Shown here: one piece after another, positions 50,221 through 60,638 of the stretch | How positions within the stretch are numbered: position 1 is the stretch's first letter | How the letters are laid out: every line of letters starts with the position of its first letter | NCBI GenBank assembly: GCA_001819985.1 | Contig: MHOE01000013.1 | Span: forward strand, 1,088-65,087 | Origin: Candidatus Spechtbacteria bacterium RIFCSPHIGHO2_02_FULL_43_15b | Lineage (GTDB): Bacteria > Patescibacteriota > Minisyncoccia > Spechtbacterales > HO2-43-30 | Length of the DNA: 64,000 nt | Direction: 5' to 3' | The notes under the pieces: model-generated | Database searches by the model: none | Seen by the model: only the letters and a program-made list of their open reading frames with translations | What the model was told of the DNA's origin: nothing | Made by a program: the position numbers and the translations under genes

Positions 50221-52203
50221 ATGAAACAGTCAATGGATCGACTGATAATAGTAGCGATAACCCCCCCCATTCTGGAAAAGGGGCTAGTTTGGTTTGAACA
50301 ACATAAACAAAGAATTGAAAAAGCGTCTTCTCCGTTTTGGCAAAGAAACACGCTTACATTACGAAAAGATCAGAAAATAACAATGTCGGAAGTCGTACGG
50401 ACTCTTTATGACTTCGGCTATCAAAAATATCAGGATATCGAGCTTCCCGGAGAATTTTCGCAAACCGGAGGAATATTGAATGTATTTCCCGTGAATTCGG
50501 AATTTGCTTTGAAAATAGAATTTTTGGGAAATACCGTGGAAACTATCTATAAAACATCAAAGCTCAATCCAGACCCGCAAAAACCTCTCAACAAAGTAAT
50601 CTACAACGAAGGCGCGCGCAGAAAAGAACCGCAATCCGACTTGTCCAAACTGAAACCCGGTGATTTTGTCGTCCATCTTGACCATGGAATAGGATTATTT
50701 GCCGGAAAATCTCAAACGGTTGCCCTAAACAGCCAAACTCTAGAACAAGATACCTCATATATTATTGAATACGCGGGCGGCGATAAACTTATCGTGCCGG
50801 AAAATGTATCATACAAACTCTCGCCCTATCTTGGATTTTCCAACCCGACGATTTACCGCCTCGGAGGAAATCTGTGGCATAAAACAAAAAAGAGAGTTAA
50901 TCAAGATATCATAAAAACCGCGAAAGAACTCCTTAGAATTTACGCGCGGAGGGAAGTCGCAACTCGCCCGCCATACGATAAAGACAGCGATATGACAGCC
51001 CAGCTTGAACAGGGCTTTGAGTTTCAAGAAACCGCGGATCAGGCAATTGCGATAGATAAAGTGATGAAAGACCTTGATAAAAATATTCCTATGGACCGGC
51101 TTATATGCGGAGATGTGGGCTTTGGAAAAACCGAAGTCGCGCTTAGAGCCGCGGCGCGCTCGGTATTTTCCGGCAAACAAACAGCTATTATAGCCCCCAC
51201 AACAATCCTTGCGTGGCAACATTTCAATACTTTCAAATCGCGCCTTGAAAAATTTCCGGTTAGGATAGAGCTTCTGACGAGAATCCAAAAAAACGCGGCG
51301 CAGAAAGAAATTGTCTCGCGCTTAAAAAGCGGAAATGTGGATCTCGTCATAGGAACACACAGAATACTCCAAAAGGATGTGGGGTTCAAAAATCTGGGTC
51401 TCTTAATAATAGACGAGGAACAAAGATTCGGAGTAAAGCAAAAAGAAAAATTAAAGAGTTTTAGATCTGAACTTGATGTGCTTTCGTTATCCGCGACCCC
51501 GATACCAAGAACGCTTTACTTTTCAATGTCCGGATTAAAAGATATAAGCAATATCCAGACCCCTCCGCAGAACCGGCTCCCAATACATACCTTCGTTATG
51601 CCAAAGTCGAAAAGTATAGTTAAAAAAGCCATACAAAAAGAACTCGAGCGGCACGGGCAAGTTTATTACCTTCATAATCGCGTAGCCACCATAGAATCGG
51701 CGCGAAAACGGATAGGGGAGCTTGGACTTGGCGAGGTGAAAATTTCCGTTGGACACGCCAAGCTTCCGGAAAATCACCTGATATCTATTATTCAGGATTT
51801 CAGGGACAAAAAAACAGATATCCTTGTCGCAACAACTATAATTGAAAACGGTCTTGACCTTTCAAATGTAAATACTCTTATCGTTGAAGACGCGACCCGC
51901 CTTGGTCTTTCCCAAGCGCATCAGCTTCGCGGACGGATAGGAAGAGGCGATAAGCAGGCGTACGCATATTTTTTGTATTCGCCAAAAAAATTAACCGACA
52001 TAGCGAAAAGGCGTCTTAAAACTCTGAAAGAGTATCAGGGACTCGGAGATGGATACCAAATCGCGATGCGCGATCTTGAAATTCGGGGGGCCGGAAATAT
52101 TTTAGGCCGCGAGCAACATGGGAGTATAAATAAAGTTGGACTTAATCTCTATTGCCAAATGCTCAATGAGGCCGTAGAACGATTAAAGACGGAGAATTTG
52201 TAA
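50221..52203 (+). CDS. mfd: Transcription-repair coupling factor, truncated form
   Basis: CarD/RID domain VVHLDHGIG; CGDVGFGKT; DEEQRFG; QLRGRIGR; DLEIRGAGNILG. Confidence 0.92.
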   Translation: MKQSMDRLIIVAITPPILEKGLVWFEQHKQRIEKASSPFWQRNTLTLRKDQKITMSEVVRTLYDFGYQKYQDIELPGEFSQTGGILNVFPVNSEFALKIEFLGNTVETIYKTSKLNPDPQKPLNKVIYNEGARRKEPQSDLSKLKPGDFVVHLDHGIGLFAGKSQTVALNSQTLEQDTSYIIEYAGGDKLIVPENVSYKLSPYLGFSNPTIYRLGGNLWHKTKKRVNQDIIKTAKELLRIYARREVATRPPYDKDSDMTAQLEQGFEFQETADQAIAIDKVMKDLDKNIPMDRLICGDVGFGKTEVALRAAARSVFSGKQTAIIAPTTILAWQHFNTFKSRLEKFPVRIELLTRIQKNAAQKEIVSRLKSGNVDLVIGTHRILQKDVGFKNLGLLIIDEEQRFGVKQKEKLKSFRSELDVLSLSATPIPRTLYFSMSGLKDISNIQTPPQNRLPIHTFVMPKSKSIVKKAIQKELERHGQVYYLHNRVATIESARKRIGELGLGEVKISVGHAKLPENHLISIIQDFRDKKTDILVATTIIENGLDLSNVNTLIVEDATRLGLSQAHQLRGRIGRGDKQAYAYFLYSPKKLTDIAKRRLKTLKEYQGLGDGYQIAMRDLEIRGAGNILGREQHGSINKVGLNLYCQMLNEAVERLKTENL

Positions 52204-52293
52204 TATATCAAACTCTGCATTATGAAAACCGAACTCCGGCATCGTCTTTGTCTCGCCGTGTAAAATAAATTTGAAATCTATAACATATCGCTC

Positions 52294-53178
52294 ATGCAAG
52301 ATCGAAAAAACAAATACAAAAGCATTTCTATAAATGACGGCGCATACCCATCGCGTCTCAAGGAAATCCCCCAGCCGCCGAAAGTTTTACACATTCGGGG
52401 ATCGATTCCATCCGCGCCGATGATCGGCGTAGTTGGCACGCGGACATTCACGCCTTATGGAAAAAGGGTTGCCGAACACATTGTCAGAGGCCTTGCCAGA
52501 GCCGGAGTTTGCGTAGTCAGCGGCATGGCAAGAGGCATTGACACGGAAGCCCACAAAGTAGCTCTTGAATCCGGCGGACAAACTATCGCCGTTGTCGGCT
52601 CCGGAATAGACGAAAGCGTAATTTATCCCCGGCAGAACATCGGCCTCGCAAGAGAAATCGAAAAACACGGAGCTGTGCTTAGCGAATTTGATCCGTTCGC
52701 GAAATCCGAAACCTACTTCTTCCCGCAAAGGAACAGGGTGATTTCCGGTTTGTCTCTTGGGGTTTTGGTTGTCGAGGCAAAGGAAAAAAGCGGAGCTTTA
52801 ATTACCGCGAATTTCGCGCTCGAACAAAACCGCGAGGTTTTTGCAGTACCCGGCAGTATATTCTGGGAAACATCGCGCGGACCAAATAACCTAATAAAGC
52901 AAGGCGCGAAATGCGTGACAACCGCGGACGAAATTTTGGAAGAATTCAATCTTTTGGCGCCGGAACAACTCCAAATCAACACGCCGGCAAATACGCCCAT
53001 TGAGGAAAAAATTTTAGCGATGCTCCTAAAAAACGGCGGCAATTCCGTTCACATAGACAAACTCATAACACTCACAGAACTCTCGTCCGCGGATGTTTCA
53101 AGCTCGCTTACGATAATGGAACTCGAGGACAGGGTAAAAAATCTTGGAGGAGGATATTACGCGATAATGAGCCAGTAA
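52294..53178 (+). CDS. dprA: DNA-processing protein DprA
   Basis: VVGTR; SGMARGIDTEAH; FPQRNRVISG; SGALITA. Confidence 0.96.
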   Translation: MQDRKNKYKSISINDGAYPSRLKEIPQPPKVLHIRGSIPSAPMIGVVGTRTFTPYGKRVAEHIVRGLARAGVCVVSGMARGIDTEAHKVALESGGQTIAVVGSGIDESVIYPRQNIGLAREIEKHGAVLSEFDPFAKSETYFFPQRNRVISGLSLGVLVVEAKEKSGALITANFALEQNREVFAVPGSIFWETSRGPNNLIKQGAKCVTTADEILEEFNLLAPEQLQINTPANTPIEEKILAMLLKNGGNSVHIDKLITLTELSSADVSSSLTIMELEDRVKNLGGGYYAIMSQ

Positions 53179-53301
53179 TCGGAAGCTGACCAAGTCCCAG
53201 TTAAATCCGGCTTTTGTTCACAGTTTGACATTTAATTTTTGCCAGTTGACAATAAACAATAGTAAGTGTAAAACACTTCCCAGTAATTAGCATCCTCGTC
53301 T

Positions 53302-55326
53302 ATGAAGCTGGTAATCGTAGAGTCCCCGACTAAATCTAAAACAATACAAAGATTTCTTCCCGAAAGCGATTATATCGTGAAATCTTCGTTTGGCCATGTG
53401 CGGGACCTTCCCAAAAGCGACCTCGGCGTTGATGTTGAGCACGATTTTACGCCTAAATATGTTACTCCCCGCAAAGCCCAGCCCCATGTGAAAGAACTCA
53501 AGCAGGAATTCAAAAAATCGGATGAGGTAATATTCGCGACTGATGAAGACAGGGAAGGCGAAAGCATATCGTGGCACCTTGCGAAAACGCTCGGCATAGA
53601 CCCGGAGAAGGCAAAAAGAATAGTTTTTCACGAAATTACGAAATCGGCCATACAAAATGCTCTCGAAAATCCGAGGGTGATAGATATGAACCTCGTAGAT
53701 GCCCAACAGGCGCGGCGCATACTCGACCGGCTTGTTGGCTACAAACTATCACCCCTTTTATGGAAAAAGGTCGCGAGGGGCCTTTCCGCCGGACGCGTTC
53801 AATCTGTTACCGTGCGACTTGTGGTTGACAGGGAAAGAGAAATTCAAAAATTTAACCCCGAAGAATTCTGGACGATTGAAGCAGAGCTTCAATCGTCCAG
53901 AAGCAAAGGCAAAAAATTTGTTGCGCGTTTATACAAAATTCGAAATGAAGTTGCGGATAAACTTCATCTAAAAAATCAGGAACATTCCGACGGGATATTG
54001 AAAGACCTTGAAGGCGCGAATTATCAGATTCAAAAAATCGAACGGAAAGAAACCAAAAGAAATCCGCTTCCGCCCTTCACCACAAGCACGCTTCAACAGG
54101 AGGCCTCGCGGAAATTCGGTATGTCGTCTAGGCAGACGATGGTTATAGCTCAATACCTTTACGAGAGAGGATACATAACATACCACAGAACAGACTCCGT
54201 AAACCTCTCCCAACAGTCGCTCGACGGCGCCAAAAAATTCATACAGTCAAAATACGGCGAGAGCTACTACTATTTCCGCGTATTCAAAACCACATCAAAA
54301 GGAGCACAGGAAGCTCACGAGGCCATAAGACCGACTTCTCCAAATAAAATTCCGGATACGCTAAAGATCGAACCGCGCCAGAAAAAAATTTATGACTTGA
54401 TATGGAAAAGATTTGTCGCTTCACAGATGGCGCAGGCCGTATTTGACGCGACAACAGTTGATATTTCAGCCGCGGACATTTACACTTTCCGAGCCAACGG
54501 GTCGATTTTGAAATTCGACGGATTTCTTAAAATTTATCCCGTAAAATTCGAAGAGAATGACCTGCCGGAACTTTCCGAAAATGAAATCCTCGAACTCCTA
54601 AAGTTAACCCCCTACCAGCACTTCACACAGCCCCCCGCAAGATATTCGGAAGCCACACTCATAAAAGAGCTTGAAAAAAACGGCATCGGCCGGCCTTCAA
54701 CCTACGCTCCCACGCTGTCAACTATACAGGAAAGGAACTATGTTCAAAAAAACGAACAAAAAAAATTCCAGCCAACGGAAATCGGAATAGCCGTGAACGA
54801 CCTCCTTGTTGAGCATTTCCCGGATATAGTTGATACGCGCTTCACCGCGGATATGGAACAAAATCTGGACAAAATAGCCGAGGGGAAAGAAAAATGGGTT
54901 CCTGTTATACAAAATTTCTACCGGCCATTTTCTCAAATCCTGGAGGCAAAATATGCCGAAATAAAAGACCGCGTAAAGATCGAGGAAAAAACCGACAAGG
55001 TATGCCCGGAATGCGGAAAACCCATAGCGATAAAATTCGGCAGATTTGGCAAATTTTACGCTTGCACGGGTTTTCCCCAATGCCGCCACACGGAACCTCT
55101 GGAAAAGAAGGAGGTAAACACCGGTATAAAATGCCCGAAATGCGCCGACGGTGATATTGTTGAAAAACGCACAAAAAAGAAAAGAGTATTTTATGGATGC
55201 AATAAATATCCGGCATGCGATTTTGCTTTATGGAATAAGCCAACTGGAGAAAAATGCGACAAATGCGGATCAATGATGGTCGAGAAAGGTAAAAACATAG
55301 CATGCTCAAATAAAGAGTGTGCATAA
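53302..55326 (+). CDS. topA: DNA topoisomerase I
   Basis: VIVESPTK; TDEDREGE; SAGRVQS; ITYHRTD; C-terminal Zn ribbons. Confidence 0.98.
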   Translation: MKLVIVESPTKSKTIQRFLPESDYIVKSSFGHVRDLPKSDLGVDVEHDFTPKYVTPRKAQPHVKELKQEFKKSDEVIFATDEDREGESISWHLAKTLGIDPEKAKRIVFHEITKSAIQNALENPRVIDMNLVDAQQARRILDRLVGYKLSPLLWKKVARGLSAGRVQSVTVRLVVDREREIQKFNPEEFWTIEAELQSSRSKGKKFVARLYKIRNEVADKLHLKNQEHSDGILKDLEGANYQIQKIERKETKRNPLPPFTTSTLQQEASRKFGMSSRQTMVIAQYLYERGYITYHRTDSVNLSQQSLDGAKKFIQSKYGESYYYFRVFKTTSKGAQEAHEAIRPTSPNKIPDTLKIEPRQKKIYDLIWKRFVASQMAQAVFDATTVDISAADIYTFRANGSILKFDGFLKIYPVKFEENDLPELSENEILELLKLTPYQHFTQPPARYSEATLIKELEKNGIGRPSTYAPTLSTIQERNYVQKNEQKKFQPTEIGIAVNDLLVEHFPDIVDTRFTADMEQNLDKIAEGKEKWVPVIQNFYRPFSQILEAKYAEIKDRVKIEEKTDKVCPECGKPIAIKFGRFGKFYACTGFPQCRHTEPLEKKEVNTGIKCPKCADGDIVEKRTKKKRVFYGCNKYPACDFALWNKPTGEKCDKCGSMMVEKGKNIACSNKECA

Positions 55327-55350
55327 TCGGGTAAGGTGCTATGCTAAAGG

Positions 55351-55376
55351 AAAAGCGGGTCGTTTGACCCGCTTTT
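55351..55376. terminator. Bidirectional terminator
   Basis: aaaagcgggtc-gttt-gacccgctttt between convergent genes. Confidence 0.8.
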
Positions 55377-55380
55377 AGGT

Positions 55381-55635
55381 TTAGTTGAAAAAATTTGGGC
55401 TATTGGCCCCCTTAACCTGGTCACTCGTTGGAATGACCAGGGCACTATATTTTTGACCATCCACATCAACCGCCGCAACTATTTTCCCATTTTCCTGATT
55501 AAGAACCCAATCAAGTATTGTAAGTGCGCAGTTCAAAACCTGCGCATCCGTTTTGTAACCAAGTAATTTCCTTAATTCCTCAAACCTTCGCAGGTTTGAT
55601 TCCGGCATTTTCAATTCCATAACAACCATCTTCAT
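55381..55635 (-). CDS. Small hypothetical protein, ribbon-helix-helix-like
   Basis: VMELKMPESNLRRFEELRKLLGYKTDAQVLNCAL; SD AAGGAGG. Confidence 0.6.
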   Translation of the reverse strand: MKMVVMELKMPESNLRRFEELRKLLGYKTDAQVLNCALTILDWVLNQENGKIVAAVDVDGQKYSALVIPTSDQVKGANSPNFFN

Positions 55636-55688
55636 TTTTCGTTCCCCTCCTTTACAATTCGGAATAACACAATTATAATACGGATGCA

Positions 55689-57851
55689 ATGCAAAGTCAA
55701 TATCAAAAATTACTTGCTCAAATCCAAAAATCCTATAAAAACTCCGAAAACAAGCTCATCTCGGAAGCATTTGAAGTTGCTATTAAAGCTCACGCGGACC
55801 AAAAAAGAGCTAGCGGGGACGAATACATTATCCATCCCCTAAACACCGCTCTTACTCTTTCTAAAATGGGGGCAGACGCGACTACTGTAACCGCGGGACT
55901 TCTACATGATGTTCTTGATGACACGGCCGTATCAAGAGAAGAATTGCTAAACCAATTCGGGCCGGAAATCACTTTCCTTGTCGAGGGCGTATCCAAACTA
56001 GGCAAAGTAAAATACAGAGGCGTTGAGCGCCATGCTGAAAATTTAAGAAAAATGCTTATCGCAATAGCCAAAGATTTCCGGGTTGTTTTGATAAAACTTG
56101 CCGACAGATATCACAACCTAACAACCCTCGACGCTCTTCCGCCGGCAAAACAAAGGCGAATCGCGCTTGAATCGCTTGAAATATACGCTCCCCTGGCATT
56201 TAGATTCGGAATAAGTGAATTGTCCAAAAAAATCGAAGACCTTTCTTTTAAGTACTGCTATCCGCAGGAGTATGAAATGATAATGCAAAGCGTGAAAAAA
56301 CGCTATCCGGAAAGGGAAAAATATCTCGCATCCATAAAACCCTATGTGCGCGCCCAACTTCTTAAAGAAGATATCTCCCCTATCGAGATCCAGACGCGGG
56401 CAAAACACTACTGGTCCTTGTACAAAAAATTGAAGAAATACGATATGAATTGGGATAAAGTCCACGATCTTGTCGCGATGAGGATAATAGTAAAAAACAT
56501 AGAGGAATGTTACGCCACGCTCGGAATAATACATAAACTTTGGAGGCCGCTTCCCGAAAAAATAAAAGATTACATAGCCCTTCCAAAACCAAACGGCTAC
56601 CAAAGCCTGCATACAACAGTATTCTCGAGGGGGGGGTACATTACAGAGTTTCAAATCAGGACAAAAGAGATGCACGAACTTGCGGAAAACGGAATCGCGT
56701 CTCACTGGCTTTACGCGGAAAGCGGAAAACCCAAAAAGGGTTCGAGAGCCGAAGGTAAAAAATTCGAATGGATAAAACAGCTTAGGCGATGGCAGAAAGA
56801 AGTCAACGAATCTTCCGAATTCCTCGAAGGCCTCAAAATAGATATTTTTTCAAACAGGATTTTTGTTTTCACGCCGAATGGAGATGTGATAGACCTTCCG
56901 GAAGGAGCGACTCCCGTTGATTTTGCATATTTAATTCACACGCAACTTGGCGACAATTGTTCCGCCGCAAAAGTAAACGGCGACATAGTTTCTCTCGATA
57001 CGGAACTTAAGAACGGGGATCTGATTCAAATAATAAGGGAGGGGAACAGAACACCCTCGCGGGACTGGCTTCGTTTTGTTAAAACAAGCACAGCGCGTTC
57101 GCGAATCCGCGCTCACCTCAAAAAAGCACGGAGGGATGAAAATATAGAACATGGTCGGCAACTTCTTAATGCCGAACTTGAGAAGTTAAACCAGCCGAAC
57201 TGGATTTCCGTGAAAAAGACAAGAAAAGACAATGTTCTCTTAAATCTTCCGTATAAAGATGAACTATCCCTTATCGCCGCTGTAGGGCAAGGAGACATAT
57301 CTCCGTATAGAGTGGTAAAATATGTCGTTGACGAAAAACAAATACTTGCTCAAAAAGCAATCACTGGCTTGGCATTTTCTTCCAAAATGCGTAAAAAAAC
57401 GGATAAAATTCATAAAATAAAACTTGGCGAACTTGAAGGCGCCGCAACCCGTATAGCTCACTGCTGTTCTCCGATCCCGGGAGAAGATATAGGCGCGTAT
57501 ATAACAATAAGAGCGTACGCCGCAATACACAGACTGTCATGCTCAAACTTCATGCGCCTCGCTCAAAAAAACAAATCGCGAATCATACCCGCCTCTTGGC
57601 AGGCAAATAAAGATATGCATTTCGCGCAAATAAAAATAGCGGCTTTTGACCGCGTAGGTTTGCTTCAGGAAGTAAGCTCGACAATATCGAATATGGGAAT
57701 AAATATACTCTCGATCAAGGCAGAGCAACAGGCAGACGCTCAAAATGCCGATTTATCCGTTATAATGGAAGTTTTTGATATCGATCAGCTTCATATGCTC
57801 ATAAATCATCTGGAGAGGATTAAAAATGTAAAAAATGTACAACGCGTATAG
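55689..57851 (+). CDS. rel: Bifunctional (p)ppGpp synthetase/hydrolase (RelA/SpoT)
   Basis: GDEYIIHP, LLHDV, KLADR (HD domain); KPNGYQSLHT, EFQIRT; TGS TPVDFAY; ACT DRVGLL. Confidence 0.96.
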   Translation: MQSQYQKLLAQIQKSYKNSENKLISEAFEVAIKAHADQKRASGDEYIIHPLNTALTLSKMGADATTVTAGLLHDVLDDTAVSREELLNQFGPEITFLVEGVSKLGKVKYRGVERHAENLRKMLIAIAKDFRVVLIKLADRYHNLTTLDALPPAKQRRIALESLEIYAPLAFRFGISELSKKIEDLSFKYCYPQEYEMIMQSVKKRYPEREKYLASIKPYVRAQLLKEDISPIEIQTRAKHYWSLYKKLKKYDMNWDKVHDLVAMRIIVKNIEECYATLGIIHKLWRPLPEKIKDYIALPKPNGYQSLHTTVFSRGGYITEFQIRTKEMHELAENGIASHWLYAESGKPKKGSRAEGKKFEWIKQLRRWQKEVNESSEFLEGLKIDIFSNRIFVFTPNGDVIDLPEGATPVDFAYLIHTQLGDNCSAAKVNGDIVSLDTELKNGDLIQIIREGNRTPSRDWLRFVKTSTARSRIRAHLKKARRDENIEHGRQLLNAELEKLNQPNWISVKKTRKDNVLLNLPYKDELSLIAAVGQGDISPYRVVKYVVDEKQILAQKAITGLAFSSKMRKKTDKIHKIKLGELEGAATRIAHCCSPIPGEDIGAYITIRAYAAIHRLSCSNFMRLAQKNKSRIIPASWQANKDMHFAQIKIAAFDRVGLLQEVSSTISNMGINILSIKAEQQADAQNADLSVIMEVFDIDQLHMLINHLERIKNVKNVQRV

Positions 57852-57862
57852 CATTATTGACG

Positions 57863-58747
57863 CTAAGAACTCAACACTCTCTTTACCCATGTCTCAAGAT
57901 CCGCCTGCGTTCCGAATTCTATGAAAACTCGCGTCTTAGACCCGAATCTGTTTACCCTGATATCTCCCATTTCCCAGTAATTTTTGAGTTTACTCGCAAA
58001 CTCCGAAAGCTCCGGGTTTTCTCTCACGATACTGGCTCTCATTGCCGGCTTATCAAATCTTTTTTGTATTTCCCACAATCTACTTTGCGCCTCGAATATA
58101 TCCATATTGCCCTTCATCATTTCATCGAATAGCTTCTTTTGCTTGTCGGGCTCGCTGTTTAATGTCAAAAGATACTTGGCGTGGCTTGCCGGAATTTTCT
58201 TTCCCTCGACGGCTTTTAGCAAATCTTCCGGAAGTTTAAGCATCCGAATAGCGTTTGTTATGACCGATCTGCTTTTCCCAACCTGCTCCGCTATACCGTT
58301 GTGGCTCATTCCGAATTTCTTGTTCAACACTTCATAAGCCCGAGCTTCTTCTATCGGATTCAAGTTTTGTCTTTGTATATTTTCTACAACCGAAATCGCC
58401 AATTTTTCCGGCGTAGTGCTTTTTCGCACAACAACCGGAACCCTCGGCAAATTGACCATCCTTGCCGCGCGCCACCTTCTCTCTCCAGCAATCAATTCGT
58501 ACTCAACATCCCTTCCCGTACTCGTCTCTTTTCCAATTTTAGTAACCAATAAGGGCTGTAAAATCCCATATTCCCTTATTGATGCCGCGAGATCTTTTAA
58601 TTCTTGGGGGTCAAATTCCTTTCTTGGTTGCAGTGGGTTTGGATGAATCTTGTCTATATCTATTAAAAAAACGCTTTCTTTTGGAGAAACTCCCTGGTCG
58701 TCACCAGGCCCTCTTTTTTGTGGAATTAATGATGCTAGACCGCGCAT
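57863..58747 (-). CDS. parB: Chromosome partitioning protein ParB
   Basis: PNPLQPRK; LIAGERRWRA; ENIQRQNLNPIEEA; HTH. Confidence 0.96.
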   Translation of the reverse strand: MRGLASLIPQKRGPGDDQGVSPKESVFLIDIDKIHPNPLQPRKEFDPQELKDLAASIREYGILQPLLVTKIGKETSTGRDVEYELIAGERRWRAARMVNLPRVPVVVRKSTTPEKLAISVVENIQRQNLNPIEEARAYEVLNKKFGMSHNGIAEQVGKSRSVITNAIRMLKLPEDLLKAVEGKKIPASHAKYLLTLNSEPDKQKKLFDEMMKGNMDIFEAQSRLWEIQKRFDKPAMRASIVRENPELSEFASKLKNYWEMGDIRVNRFGSKTRVFIEFGTQADLETWVKRVLSS

Positions 58748-58833
58748 TTAATTGTACTTGTTTCGGCAAACAATAAGCAGAAACAAATTTTGGGTTTGAA
58801 TTCTAATATTCTATAAACTACGAGCCGCCTAAA

Positions 58834-59598
58834 CTACGATGTCCTCTTTATAACTTCTTCGGCAAGCATTTTATAAGCTCTCGCTCCGTGAGACAAGGGA
58901 TTGAATTGAAAGATTGTTTTTCCGTGCCCGGGAGCTTCGGCTAAGTCAACATTCCGAGGTATCATTGTGTCAAAAACATATCCTGGAAAATTTCTCCTTA
59001 CCTCTTTCGCTATCTCCCTGTCTAGACGGTTTCTCTTATCGTACATTGTGAGAACCGCGCCCAGTATGTCAATATCCTTGCCAAGATTTTCCCGAATCAA
59101 ATTCACTGTTTCCAAAAGTTGAGCAAGCCCTTCGAGAGCATAATATTCGCACTGTACTGGAACCAAAACCTCATCTGAAGCTACTATACCATTTATCGTA
59201 AGAAGCCCCAAGCTAGGAGGGCAATCAACTATAACATAGTCAAAATCCGTCCTTACTTTGATTATAGCATCGTGCAGGCGAAACTCTCTATTTTTCATAT
59301 TCACAAGCTCAACCCCCGCTCCCGCCAAATCAAAAGAGGCCGGGATTATGTGGCACCCAAGCGAATTCGTGGGCTTAATAGCTTCGTGAGCGGGTATCTT
59401 GGTATCTAAGATATGGTAAGATCCAAAATCAACCTTTCTCGGGTCCACCCCCACTCCGGAAGTTGCGTTGGCTTGAGGGTCAAAATCAACCAAAAGCACT
59501 TTCTTTCCTAAAGCCGCAAGATAAGCCGAAAGATTAACCGAAGTTACGGTCTTTCCAACGCCTCCTTTCTGATTCGCTATGCTAATTACCTTTGCCAT
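58834..59598 (-). CDS. parA: Chromosome partitioning ATPase ParA/Soj
   Basis: NQKGGVGKT; DFDPQANAT; DCPPSLG; PVQCEYYALEG. Confidence 0.97.
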   Translation of the reverse strand: MAKVISIANQKGGVGKTVTSVNLSAYLAALGKKVLLVDFDPQANATSGVGVDPRKVDFGSYHILDTKIPAHEAIKPTNSLGCHIIPASFDLAGAGVELVNMKNREFRLHDAIIKVRTDFDYVIVDCPPSLGLLTINGIVASDEVLVPVQCEYYALEGLAQLLETVNLIRENLGKDIDILGAVLTMYDKRNRLDREIAKEVRRNFPGYVFDTMIPRNVDLAEAPGHGKTIFQFNPLSHGARAYKMLAEEVIKRTS

Positions 59599-59723
59599 TA
59601 CTTAGTATTATCGCACAGAGAAGAAAATTTACAAATTTCGCATTTTTGAGTATTATAACTTCGTAACGCGAACGCCCAAACTACTAGCCGAACCGACAAT
59701 CTAAGATACGATATAAATTTTAT

Positions 59724-59810
59724 GCCCGGGTGGCGGAACTGGCAGACGCGATGGACTCAAAATCCATTGGGGGCAACCTCATGAGAGTTCAACTCTCTCC
59801 CCGGGCACCA
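59724..59810 (+). tRNA. tRNA-Leu(CAA)
   Basis: GCCCGGG/CCCGGGC-ACCA; anticodon loop CT-CAA-AA; long variable arm; terminator-like hairpin follows. Confidence 0.93.
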
Positions 59811-59954
59811 AAACAAAACCGCTCATAGGGGGCGGTTTTGATATCCTTCGAACACCACGATGCTCGCACGCTGTTTTTTTTGGTGGCAAATTCTTTTATA
59901 ATATCTCGATGTAAAATCGAGAACAAAAATAAAGGACTGGCGGAATCTCTTTCG

Positions 59955-60230
59955 TCAGCCCCTGATACGACGGTGGCTAATCCACCGTCGTATCAATTTT
60001 TTTGTCCATACAAGAGAAACCATAGGTGCGATGCACCAAATAACAACTCCTGTTACGAATAATCCTAATATTATCTTGAGGACGATCGTCCCGAACTTAC
60101 CTGTATTACCAAACGCAGTTCTACCATTTTCGATCTGATCAAGACTGATGATTAGAAACACATAGAGCAAGAGGCCTAAAAGAACTAACATTAATCCTAC
60201 TACTACTAAGATCCCAAGCCTCAAACGCAT
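59955..60230 (-). CDS. Small two-TM membrane protein
   Basis: Two hydrophobic helices; SD GAGGAGGT. Confidence 0.6.
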   Translation of the reverse strand: MRLRLGILVVVGLMLVLLGLLLYVFLIISLDQIENGRTAFGNTGKFGTIVLKIILGLFVTGVVIWCIAPMVSLVWTKKLIRRWISHRRIRG

Positions 60231-60374
60231 AACCTACCTCCTCTGCTGTACTTGTACGGAGTGTTCCTTAGTTTGGTTGCTACAGATAGTATATTCTAAT
60301 CCAAAACAAAACATAAGCTTAAACAGAAGCCGCTTCCTTCCAATTTCCTGCATGGGTGTATTTATACAACCACA

Positions 60375-60578
60375 AAAGTAAAATCTCATCTCCCCAAAAG
60401 CGTTGCCATATTTTCCGATAACGACCCTTATGTACCGCTTGATAACCAAGATGATTTTCGAGATAAACTTGGCTCGGAAATTGTTATTGAGCATGAAAAA
60501 GGACATTTTAGTGACGGAAACGACGGTATGACTAAATTGCCGATTATTCTTAAATCCATCCTTAAACTTGCTCGATAA
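60375..60578 (+). pseudogene. C-terminal remnant of a YdeN/RBBP9-type alpha/beta hydrolase
   Basis: Frame reads KVKSHLPKSVAIFSDNDPYVP...EHEKGHFSD...KLAR*; no start codon and no GxSxG half upstream. Confidence 0.65.
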
Positions 60579-60638
60579 AAATATGGCAACTTTAAGAATA
60601 CAGCATCAAGACAAAAAACGGCATAGCGCTGTTTAATT

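Noticed and set aside
60234-60506. 90-aa minus-strand ORF
   Set aside because: Antisense to the hydrolase remnant; no SD or motif
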